NCBI GenBank assembly: GCA_051362555.1
Contig: CM120641.1
Location: forward strand, 806,001 to 870,000
Reading direction: 5' to 3'
Source: Lingula anatina
Lineage: Eukaryota; Animalia; Brachiopoda
Length of the DNA stretch: 64,000 nt
The notes under the pieces were generated by a model. That model was not told the DNA's origin and made no database searches. It worked only from the letters and a program-made list of their open reading frames with translations. This document shows positions 27,595-40,700 of this stretch, in pieces (positions within the stretch are counted from its first letter, which is position 1; each line of letters starts with the position of its first letter). The position numbers were made by a program, and so were the translations under genes.

Positions 27595-28891
27595 TTTCAT
27601 ACTACGGATGTCTGATACCTTATTCATGTATTATACTTACATTAAATAACACTATTTCTTTATTCATATATATACTGTAACAACGCTTTCTTTGATAGGA
27701 ATGAATTGTGGTTAAAAAAATTCCAACTTAAACTGATGTATTTAGAGCTATCAGTGAAAGGAATTAATACTCCCACCCACCACCTTGACACTGGGCAAAA
27801 TGAAAAACAAAAGTCACATTTAGGGCTCATTCTAAATGACACTATCATTCTATGTAGAATGATCCAACTCTGTAGAGACTCTTGCTGAATGCAATCAGAA
27901 TAACGCACCTCCTCCTCTTGTTGAGTAGAATACAGAAAACCTGGTGATTATACCAGTACCTTGGAAACAATGATAGGCCTGTAAATCTTTCATCTTATTG
28001 CATTCAGCGACAGTCCCAGCGGAGCTGGATCGTTCTATGTAGAATGACAGTTTCACTGGGAGTGAGCCCTAGGTTTCCTTGGCATAATCTTGATAGGAAC
28101 ACCAAAATATACCACAACATATCTCTAAGTATTACACCCAAATTTCTTTATCAGTATTTTCTAAAAGATAAAAAATATGACACACATAAAACCTGTCTGT
28201 CTAGAGATGCCCTATCCTTGTCACCATGCAGGGGTCCACCATAGACTGGAGCCTAACTTTATCTACTACTGATGTCAAACAGTTCATTTCATGAGTTAGT
28301 TGGTGTATTCTTCAGCACCCCAATCTACCAGCTTTCTAACTTCAACAGTGATAAGATGTATACAGACAGAAATAAGATACTGAGCCAGCAAACCATTTTC
28401 CTGTGCTCAGGTACAGGCCATATTGGAATTCAAAATTTCTGCCAAGGACCAAAAAATTCATTTTGATTTAAGAAATTGCAAAATATTTGAATAGTTTTTT
28501 CTGTCTTTGTCAAAGAATTGGATAAAAATGACCTACATGTAAGCTTAAAATTACTGTATGAAAAATGCCAACTTATTTTTTTTTGTTTTTTGTTTTTTTG
28601 AAAATCTACTAATAGGTAACATTTGTTCTCTGCAAGGTCCCCTTAAACATGTAGGCTCCTTCAGAAATATTTGGTTAAAAATGACCAAACAATTGGCTAA
28701 CACTAACATTTCTACATTTTCTGAAAACAAATGTTGCTCATCTGCTTACCTGCTGAAGTTCAGATCACATCACAAGATGATGTACATTGAATCAAACTGA
28801 TCACCAAGAACCTTTTACATCCTTTGCAAAGAACCTTTTTGTTAACATGCTGCTGCTTCGTTTATATAATGATACTAGCAAGGCTGTAGCG

Positions 28892-28922
<31 letters not shown>

Positions 28923-31900
28923 ATAAGGGGCTCATTCAAAATCTTGGTTTATCCGTATGGTTTCAATTTAGTTGTGAGAAGATCAACTGTATCAAGTAAT
29001 TTTTAACATACATAATCTGGAAAAAAACTAATGTCTATCAAACAGCAGGTCTGATGTAAGAAAATAAGGGGAAAATGAGGCGTCCAAAGCTATACTTTTT
29101 AGGTATCATTGGTATATTTGTCCTGCAGTAAGCTGAATACAATTTTTTCATTTATCCCTTCTATTACCTCTGTGACAAGGGTAGGGTAATGACACAATCT
29201 TTTCAATGGAAAATGAAAATTGTGAATATCACAAAAATTGATACTGTGTTTTTTAAGTCATGAATTCTTAACATAACAACATTCCTATTGAGTGGCAGTA
29301 ACAAAATTACAAAGGAGACTACAGTTAAATTCTATTCAGTAATAGCACCATAAAGCTATGTATTTCAAAATTGATAATTTTCCTCCATTGAAAAGATCTA
29401 GTTACTACCTTACTTGTCCACATTCTCATTCATGCTGCATTTCCACCATAGTAAATTATACAAAGAATGAATCTATTCTAGTTATACGAGCCTTGTTTGA
29501 GAGGCTACATTCGCGTTTGTATCTAGCACACTTTTCAAAGTCAAAAGTGATTTTCTGTTGGATTAAAAAACTGTGATAGAGGCTTTAAAAAGGTGAAGTA
29601 TCAGAACAGAGCGGTGTATGTTGATGGCTCCATCAAACTGAAGTCAGGGCCCTAGGCGCTCATGTCAAAATAAACCATCCCTAAACAAACCCCTGGTGTT
29701 GTACATCCCAGCGACACTTACACTCAACTTCCCTTTCAAACACTGCGATCAAAGCCAGTCAAAACACTGGCAAAAACCTCAGCTGACATTCCTAAACATT
29801 CAACCTGCGGTAAATTAATTGGAGCAAATTGACATTATTCCTAATTCTTAGTTTACCCATATTCAGAAACAGTATACACCAACATGCCAACTTTATCTTT
29901 ATAAACACCAGCCTTATTTTTTCTCTGTCAAATATGACATTCATATCAAAACTGAACTTAAGTTTATTTAACACATCATGGCAGGCCACCAATTTTATAA
30001 ATGCACGGAAAAAACAGGAGGAAAATCAAAAGAAATTCTTGTCTCTGAACTTTGCCTGGCTTCCTATTAATATCCCCATCTCTGTTAGTATCATAAGTAA
30101 ATCCCTGGCCTTTTCCCCCCTAAGATTAATTGGGGCTTTAGTTTGTTGATCTGCCCTGCTTGAGTAAAACAGGAAGGCGGCGTTTATACTAAGCAGCTTT
30201 GTTTATCCGACAGTCGCTGCAGTGTGTATAAACTGTGGCTGGCCGAAGGAGGGAAGCGTGTGTCAGAACTGCCTGCGGCTGTTACTACAGCTTGTTCACC
30301 AGACACGTTTACCTAGCACAAGACTTTCTCAATGAAGATTCAAACCATCTCCTTTCCCTGCTTCCCTCTTCCTAAATTCCAGGTTTGTTTACACGCTAAG
30401 GAGAATGAGAAGGAGTGAAAAGCTGAATTTTGATATGTATATGATCTTTAATGGTCCATTTCAATTGTTAAAAATTTTTTGGAATGAGGTCCTGAATATG
30501 TCACTCTTTCATTCAAAGCCTTTCATTTCAGCTTTCCAAACAAATGGTCTGGCTCTTACTTCCCGTTTACTGCTCTGTTTATTGTCACTTGCATTAGTTG
30601 AAGGTTTTCGTTGACCAAAATAGAACCCAGGTAAAAAAAGAAGTCTTAAAAAACAGAATCCTTCAAATTACTGTCAGCGTTGAAAAGCTAACAGAGGCTG
30701 CTAGAAGTGTCTCTAATGTTTCAAGAAGTAAATAGGAGGAAACCAACCCCTCAATATATTCAATATATTGAATTGTTAGCAAAAAATAGCTGTTCAATTA
30801 TTTTCACTCCCAGATTATTTTCATCTTTCACTTTCTGCTTCATCACAAGTGACAAACACTAGTGTCAACAAAGCTTACCACAATACAGTACACACCTTGT
30901 ATATTTACTGTAGTATATATGTATTTTTCTCAATAAAAAAGTTGCAAAAGGGTCATTTACAAAAAAAAAAAAAAAAACATATCTTTAATTAAGTCCAGCC
31001 AAGGCCTTTCACAAGTATTTCCTGTCCCCTAGATATAAATTATAATCAAATGTCTGACTTCCTCAAACAAATTCATAATGGCTTTCCTATGATGATAATT
31101 AAGATTTAAGTATATAATCACAGAAAAAAAAAATGATAGCACGTCCTGATACAGCAAACATTATTTCACAAAATAATCAATGTCACCAGCTCAGCAGTAA
31201 TCCACCTTGGCTAATGTGGGTAATGTCTATACCTTATTAGGTCAAGTGGACTTCTCCTGAGCTGAAGACAGAATGATAACTAGGGCATTCTATTACCTGC
31301 TAAAAACATACTTAACAGTTAGCTGTATGAGTGTACCTTTAATTTCAAATTTACACAATATGAAAAATTAAAAAGCAAAAATCATTGGCAAACTTACCCA
31401 ATAAATCTTCCACTGCCCTTTTGATGCCTTTATCAAATGCCCTGGCATCAGCGGCAGTTTGAAACGTCAGCCCAAACCGCCGATCTCCCGTCCTCCAATG
31501 GTGGAATGTCGGCGTGGCCTTCGTGTACTGGACATCTTTCTTCAACATGCAGTGGAGGACCACCTAGTACAGAACACCACATTACATTAGAACATATCAA
31601 CACTCAGTGCTGCAGATAAACATTGGACTATTTTGTCCAGTTCTGGAAAATTTGCTTACTTAAGAAGGAGGGGAAGTGAGTGTCTGTGTTGCTCAATTTT
31701 TTTTTTAGAAACCAAACAAGGTTTTGATTAGTAAAAACTAAAAATTGTTTCTCCAGAGACAATGTTTTACCTATTAGGCAGGCTGAAACAATGTACTTTT
31801 TTAAAGATGAAACAACTGACTTTTTACCATCATTAAACATAAGGCTACAAAAAAACAACAAAAAGCCTATTTCCTGAAGTTTAACATTACATATAAAAAA

Positions 31901-34900
31901 TTCATGAATAATAATTAAAACCTGTGACTGCTGATCTGCCTGGCTATCAGGCTAATACTAAAACAGGGAATCTCGTGAACAGGGAAGTGGAGTGAAAAGG
32001 AACACAATGGAAAACAATCTGATACACCTTTCTCATATATGTATTAATAAATTTTAAGAATCAACATATTGCATTTGTCATTTGAATAACAAGGATTCAT
32101 GTTTATAACCAACTCCAAATGGGGGCCTGAAAATGACAGAATGAGTGAATTTCCCAGTTTTACACCCACGTCTGATTCTCTGAAAGAGGGTAATGGTCTG
32201 AAACACCAGCTCAAATCCAAAGGGAAAAGATGAAATTACAACTGTGTACAATGCATCTAAATGTAACAATCTGGTACTAATTATATGATTGCACACAAAA
32301 ATTGCATTTGGAAATTAGTGCCAGAATAAATTAATTCATGACAACTTGAGTTTTTCAAATAATGAAGAAAAGGGAGTAGATATTGAGGGAGGGATCAAAT
32401 TTCTACCCCCTTCAAACATGTATATTTCACTTTTAAAAAAATCTCAATAGCCTTATCTGATAGCTAGCCTTTCTCTGCTATTTCTCAGTGAAGTGCACCT
32501 CAATTTATTACATATATTACAAGGGGTGTGTCATTGCCCAAACTCTACACACACGACTGCCCCTAAAGCTTTATCTCTTACAATCCAGGGATAATAACTG
32601 CTATCATCACTGGAGCATTTGGGGGGAATATTCACATATCGGTTGAAAAATCTTTTTCTCTTTTTTCATGTTTGGCATTAACTGATCTATTCTAAGATCT
32701 GACCTTCGTTGTCCAGAGAACAAACACCCATTCATAAAGTCAGGGTGGATCTTTCATTCATAAAAATGTCAAGTGTAATTTAAATGTAAACCCAAACTGC
32801 AGTGTCTGCAATTCTATACAGCAGGAGAACAAATGCATTCAGATAACATGCCAACTTACTACAGGGATAAGTGTATGGGCATAATTAAATGAACACAATG
32901 GATAAGGTTACAAATCTTTAAATAGTCAATCAAAAACGAAGTACAAATGCCATCTCTAAAGGTAAGATATGACATGGTGGTTACCAATCACTGTATTATA
33001 TGCCAGTGGAGGGTAAATAGACCATTACACCAATACACCACAAACTATCAAATTCATTGAAAATAGGACAGCAATTCTTGAACAAATTCTGCATACTAAT
33101 TTAGACGACGGTAGCCAATAATTCTTTTTCTTCTTGTGGTCAACTTGATACTGGGCCGTGTCCAGGAGAGTTCCAGTGGGAAAAGAGACACACAAGTCAT
33201 ACACCACAGTTTTGGCCTTATGAACACAAAGATTACTACATATAATTAGCAGTTAGGAAGAGAGAGAGAGAGTGACTGTATCCTCATCATTCCCAGCTAT
33301 GTGGAGACACTACCACTGTAACATGGGCACCACAGACCACACCAAAATATTGGTAAAAAAGTTTAACACAACGGTGTTAGAAAAATAAAGTCTATTTTGT
33401 CAATGGCCCACTGATTTTGTTAAAATGGATTAGAAGATTTGACCAAAAATATGCAAGCATGATCCACTGGTATATTAGTCATTAGCAGTCATCAAGACTT
33501 GGGAAGAGGTGAGGCTTTGAGGGAATGAATGAGACATAGGATATTATAACATGGCCGAACTACCAGTGAATTCAGGATAATTCGGTGCCGAGTCTGGTAG
33601 TTGGGCAGGCCTGATGGTCTTCTGCTTAAAAGTTGACACATATCAAATGAAACATTTCAGATATCTACACTGAATAATAAAAACCTGGGATCTACATCAC
33701 TGATGCCTGTTTAATTATATGCACTTCTGGAATAACATTATAGACATTTATTTTCAAGAAAATGTTTAGTGATACTATTACTTAATTTAATAAGGTAACT
33801 ATGAAAAATTAAAAAATATATATGTTCTGTTAAAAAAAAAAACAACAATAGGGAATACTATTTTCTTCAAAGCAAGTGCATGATGAGGATTCAATTTTTA
33901 ATGAGTTATGGTATCACTAAATTTTTTTATTTGAAAAATAAATATCTATAATGCAATAGCAGCATGGCATTAGGTAAAAAAACCATGTCTGTCACCCAAC
34001 TGCAATGTCTGAGTTATCAGCTGACACTGACTGAAGTATGTCAACTTACCTCTTGGTCACTTGTCCTATAACCATGTATAACATATTCATATCGCACCCC
34101 TTCATCACTGTTAGCTATGACACTTATTTTCCGTAGGCCCACAATGCTAAGGCCACCCCCCTTCAATGCCACCCAACCTCCGCTGCTGTCATCACGAGTC
34201 ATGACTTGTGCTTTAACCCGAACTAGGAAATCATCCCTGGAAAAATAAAGAAAAAAACAGGATAAATTTCAGCATAATCTTAACAAAACAAACACATCAA
34301 TCCATAACTTTTTGCTTTGATAAATTATGTATTTCAGACATTGAACATCAAAGTAGTTGTGCAAATTATATGGCCCTGTAAAAATTAAAATTAATATCAT
34401 AAATCAAGAAAGCATGGCGCACAGCGTGAAACATAATTTCAGACCAGTATGTGTGTTCGGACAATATAGAGCGTGACCGAGAAACCTATGTCTTCAGCCC
34501 AGCAGCAGGTCACAGTACACCCTACTCCACACAGGATGGTCTCAAACTATCAATATATCATTGGAAAATATATCTGGTTATGTGTCTTCAACCTCAACCA
34601 TTTTGAGTCTATCATTGTCTGACTGCATCTTAGATTATTCCATCGTAATTCCATCCAGTCCCCGTTTTCATATCCAGTCACACACCACAGCAAACATGCC
34701 AATGAGTCTACAGAAACTTTTTGCATCATAAATATGATTCAGTTTGGTCCAGGCCTACCCAACTACCATACTCGGCACCGAATGATCCTGAATTCACCGG
34801 TAGATCAGACCACACTACCCGTTTTCAAGGTGTGTGTCAGATCGCATTACACAGTATCATACCCTGAACAAATTTTGAGTGGTGATGCAATGCTTTTCAA

Positions 34901-37716
34901 CCCCGCTGAGAATCGTCACTATCACATCGCGTACTAGGCAAGAGCGGTGTCATGTCTGATACTGTGTAATGCGATCTGACACACACCTTGAAAACAGGAA
35001 GTGTGGTCTGATCTACCGGTGAATTCAGGATCATTTGGTGCCGAGTCTGGTAGTTGGGTAGGCCTGTGGTCACTGCTTTTATTTTTCATCAGCCAGTATA
35101 CATATACATAGGTGATTTACAGTCCCAAAGAAAGATTGCACCATTTTAAGCATATATCACCAGTACATGATAAATGTTCCCTTCCTCTTCTCTGGCTTGT
35201 CTCACCATTCACCAGCCTTACACTGCCATAAATCAAGTGGCTTAAAGCCCACTCACAAAAAGTTTAAAGTCATTTCTATTACTAAAATCTTAGCTCACTG
35301 GTAAGACAGCCGACCACATTACCTGTATACTCTTAAAGGCCATTGACCTTTCAGTGGTGACAGTAGCAATGAAAGGTATGTCAAATACATTTATGTAGGC
35401 CAATCATTATGAAAACATCTTAGACCAATATCTCAGTTGACTCTGATTTTAGTTGTCTAAACTTAGTCCAAAGATTCCAGTGAAATGGGACCCTGTGCTT
35501 ATAAATCCCTGATAACTCCATCAAGAACTGTGTGAAAATTTCATTCTCACATGAGAAAAATAAAACTATATTTATCATAAGTTTGCAATTCCTTCCCTGT
35601 TCCTATTTCTCCTCCCACACTCTTTAGCTGCCCACAGCTGGAGAAATCAATGTATTTGATTGAATCAATGATATCTCCAAAAGTGTTTGTCTGTTATTTT
35701 TAGGAAGTCGGTAGGGCTTCATATTCAAATGGTAAATTTGCTGTTACTTTAAAAATCTTGTTAAGGGTTATCTTTTCTATCTTTTTTGCACAGCCACCAA
35801 TTTTCATGAATTGTTGGACTCTGAGTTTGTCAGACATTAGGAAGAAAGCTTGTATTGGGGGGGGGGATAACTTGTTCATTCAGGGTAAAGCAAGACTCCC
35901 AATCTTTTCCTCCACATACTTCTATATATGGGAAAGTTTAATTTACAAATAAACTTACTATGACTCTAGCTTATTCAATTTGTACTATTATACCATTCCA
36001 TTTATTGTTCACTTGTAAGATATGTGTAAACTCTCTATTGCAGTGGTCCTTCAACACTTTCTGCTGAAATGCAAGTCACCACTAAGTAAAGCCCATGGCC
36101 CTATGCAGAATAGGGGACTAACTAATCTGAGAGTCAAATATGGCGACCCACTACAAAGCTTTCTGTCTAATATACTAATAGACACTGAATAGATATCCCG
36201 TGGGGAAGTATTCAAGTGGGTCGGCCATATTTGACCCTCGGACTAGTTAGTCCCCTATTCTCAATGGGACCTATGAACCACTTTATCAGTGCTCCCCCCC
36301 CCCCTCACCCCGCCCCCTTAACTTTTACTCCACATTCACCAAGCTTCCAGTTTCATAAATCACCAGCTTCAAAAACACCAGTATTTCTCATCAGGGGAGC
36401 ATTGATCTCTGCTAGTAGCTCAGGCCTAAATCTGCACATTCACAAAGTTATCTCCCAGCAGCTGCCTTGAATGGCAACAGGAAATGCATGCCTCCCAGCC
36501 TTTCAGGCCAGTCATTCATCAAGAAAATACCATAACTTTGGATTCTATAGTACATTGGAACTAGGGGAGCATCTCTGCTCATTCTTTCTATTCTGCCATA
36601 AATATGTATAGTCAGTGAGGCTGACCCAACTTCAGGCACCTAGCATATCCATTTTTATAGAGCCTGGGTAATCTGACAACAAACTGTAGAATACATTACG
36701 ACATAGCTTGGTGTTTGTAGTATATGTTCTAAATCCTTTTTAATGAAGTAGGGTTCTCTGTGTACAAAAATTGGAAGGACTTTGTTCTTCACTTAACCAC
36801 ATGTTGAAACAGTCTTTTCAAGATAAAACATTCAAGTTTGCCTTGGTTTTATCTTTTAATGAAATTAACACAAATCAAGACTTGATAACATTTGTTCTAA
36901 CATACTCGTATTTTTTTTTTCATAATTTTCATTAAAATATTTTGTCACTTGTCTTGTCTGATATTTGAATTTGAAGATGGTACAACCTAGCTCCTAGTAC
37001 TCCTCACACTGACTGATGTGTCCACATTTCATTTCAACACTTGTACCATACCTCAAAACATCAGGAATTCACGGCCAAGTTTTCAAACTTCCTGACTGTG
37101 GCGCAGGATCCCAGAGGATAACAGGTTCTTTAGTTTTCTAGAAGCTATTTCTCTCCACACTCCTCCTCAAACAGAGACTCTTCAATAATCAGAGAAATTC
37201 AATACTTAGAAGGACTATACTTTAAAATTGGAGCACAGGTGTCGAGGAAAAAATTATGAGTCTCTATTTTCACGCAGAGATGCATTTCAAGTTGAGGATA
37301 ATTTGCCAATAACAAAAAATGTTTGGTTTACGAACCTAAATTAAAAAAAAAAGTGGCCTAGATTTTTCAGAAATCTGTTCAAGGCAGCAGATCTTACGAT
37401 GAATGAGGTTGTTGTTTTCCTTTTCCTGTTATCAATATCGCAGATATGTTTCTGTATCAGTAACACACGCGGCTCAAGCAGAGTAAAAAGGCCTCATTGT
37501 GGTATCAATAAACACAGAATGGTGTCAACGACATCTTTATCTCTGTGGAAACTTTCTATGCTGGTAGACGCAAGGCAATAATTTTAAAAGCTCTGAATGA
37601 ATAGGCCAAAGAAAAATTCTTCCAAGTCTAAAATAATGATGGTGTCATCCTAATAATTTCCATAAAAATTATCAACTGCTGTACAAGTTTAATCAAAATT
37701 TTAATATCCTATAATC

Positions 37717-37762
<46 letters not shown>

Positions 37763-40700
37763 ACACAGAACCTTTTCTTGGCTAGGAGATCATCCTCTCC
37801 TCTCAATTACCTGCCAACTGACAGGTGAGTATTATACACAGGAAACTGGGCAGGCTAAAGGATAACAGCATACCCTGTGAAGATAATTGAAGTCAGTGTA
37901 ACTACAGACAGGTCACACTTCTCCCCAGGTTCACCCCCTCCCCAACACACACAAACACCCTCTCTGTGCTCTCCAAATCTCAAGTTGTTTGAAGTAGAAG
38001 TTCAGAGGGTCATGTCAAGAGGAATATCCTGCCCCAACAAGCAAGTGTGGTGCTATCAAAATCAACTTCATACAAGCTTTTCCCATACATCAGTCTTCAG
38101 GACTTCCTCTTTCCTGCACTGATGTACGGGACCGCAATGGTTTCATTAAGAACACATGCCGCCAATGAACTTCTCAAAACTACACAAGACTGGCTGGAGG
38201 CATTACCATTTTTTTCAAGCTTGCTTTTAGTTTTTTTAATAGGAAAAAAGCTATGCATCAGCCAATGAGTATTTTTTCTGACTACAATCTTTTTTTTTTT
38301 AATATCAATAAAATCTACAGCTCGCCTGGTTTCAATCTGCTGGTTACTACTGGAATTTTGCAACCACTTTGTACTTTCATTGAGAGGTCAATAAAACAGC
38401 ATGTGACATCACTTGAATGAAGAATAAATCTTTAAGTTTTAAAAGTTAAATCTCACAATTTTCAAGTTAATTCTCACATTTATTTCACTTTAAAAAAGGA
38501 CACTCATCACACCAAAAGAGACTGGACTCATTTGTTGTTCTCCTAATCCAAACAGCACTCTGATAATGCTAAGTCATGAAAATTTCAATCAATTCTCTGA
38601 CCCTACATACAACAGTGTGTCATCAGAACCCAAAGCCCTCCACCCACACACTGTCTACACCATGACTGGCAACCACCTTCATTCTGATCACACACCAATC
38701 AATTACCAGTCATGATACAGCACCCCGACTCACAGCAGCTGTTATCATGTACAAGGTATTGAGATACCAGTGTTAAAGGGGTTTACCAATCGTCCGTAAC
38801 TCAGGGCATCACAGTGACAAAAGCTACAGAAATCCTACAGATGCAGCACCAGGCACCTGCAACATACACAAGTCATCTGCAAACCCTACCTGTTCTCTTG
38901 GAGCTCTAGAATGGGCTGAAGAGGACTTAAAACTCCAAATGGAAAATCTTTATGAGTCTGGACTTGAAGATCTTCAGGCTTTCTCCTTATAGGCTCCAGT
39001 TCCATAGTTCTTCTGTACCAGTGTCCCAGCCTTTATATTCCATGTAAAAAAGTCCCTGTGTAATCCAAGTCTCACATGTGGTTTCAGTCAAGTTTCCTCA
39101 ACTCTGACTAGTGTGCCAGATCAATTCTCGCCTCTGTCACATGATCTGCCATACCACCGTTCCTGCCCTGAGCACCCTGGGTAGAAGGTATGGAGAGAAA
39201 TACACCATCACCACTGACTATTTCACCAACATTCCTCACATTTTGTCTTCTCTCATGCTGCCATGTCCCTCCACCTCTAATTCCCCAGAATATCCTCTAG
39301 TAAAGTCCCAGTTTTCCCGGCTCCCAGCAGCCAGTAGATTGTGTTGTCACCACAGCCCCAGCATGTAGTCCTGCCTGCCTCCAGTCCTAAGCCAAATCTG
39401 TTTGCTCAACCCTATCAATGATTTCCCTTTCCTGACCGACTGACGTCTCTTCCTTCCACTTGGCCCAGCCAGTCTTAAGTCAGTGAGAGTAAAGTGCAGT
39501 CTTACTATCACAGCATACTGAGCTTCCTCCTCCTTTCCCTGTTCTGCCTCTAGAGCTCCTCTTCTCCTTGGTCAATTCTCTCACTTTACACCAAAGTAGT
39601 TCGTCTTCTCTTGACCTCCTTTTTGGGCTACCATTCAACACACCAAGAGAAATTCTAAACAGTGGCCCTGAATGTGAACCTGAATACGACTTCCAAGGCC
39701 AGCATCAAAATAGCAAATTTCTCTATTGTCTGCGCCTTCCCCAGCCTTTGGTTTGACTTCCTATACCCAATGAAAACACAACTGTTCAAGTCAATCAGTG
39801 TTAAGCAACCCGAAACCACAAGCTACCTCAACTGATGAGACCTACCTATAAAAATAATGCAAACTTTTCACCAAATGACTGGTTGTTTTAACTCAAGACA
39901 GAGACAGAAAGATGGAGAGACGGGGATGGCTGTAGGGGGTTGGCTAGAGAGGTGATGGGGGAAGACTTATGTTTAATTCCTGATGCCAGTTTTTTTATCA
40001 ATTTCCTCTCTTTGCCTGTGGGGGGAAATGATCAATTGTGGGTTAGGAAAAAAAGACCAATTTTTTTCAGAAAATTAAAAAAAGAAAGGAATGGAAAAAA
40101 GGAAGACAGTAAATGAATTCTATATCTGGAAATATGAAAGCAAATAAAACAATCAGAAAAATAATGATTCAAAATTATATATTTTATCCAAAAGTTTAGG
40201 TGTTCTTTTTTCTGTTCTACATGTCCTATCTAAATAACAGTCAAATCAATGCCTTTCGTATTTTTTTCTTCTAAACTACTTATTACAATACAGTCAATAA
40301 AAGTAGCAAGACTTGTAATATCATCATTTTTTAAAATTCAATTTTAGGATGAAGTTATTTGGCTCCAAGGGTGAACACCAGAGGGCGACAAATATGACCC
40401 ATCTTTGTAAACTTGTGGAATCTCTTTTGCAGTTTCATGTCTGATATTGTTACGTGACTTTGACTATGTTCCTCTAGCCTGGACTGAATGAATACTAGAA
40501 TGTGACACAATGGCAATGGGAGATAAATATGGCAAGACCTACTTCTGCAGGTTAAGTGATTCATTTTTCACTAAGAATCCCTCTTGTCTACTATTTCATT
40601 GAAAAATAAAAGAGATAAAAAATGAGACGAGGAGGTAAAAAAGTTCAATTTTTTTCAAGTTAAAACAATGACAGCCACTTTTTGTTTCTTGGCAGTCAAT

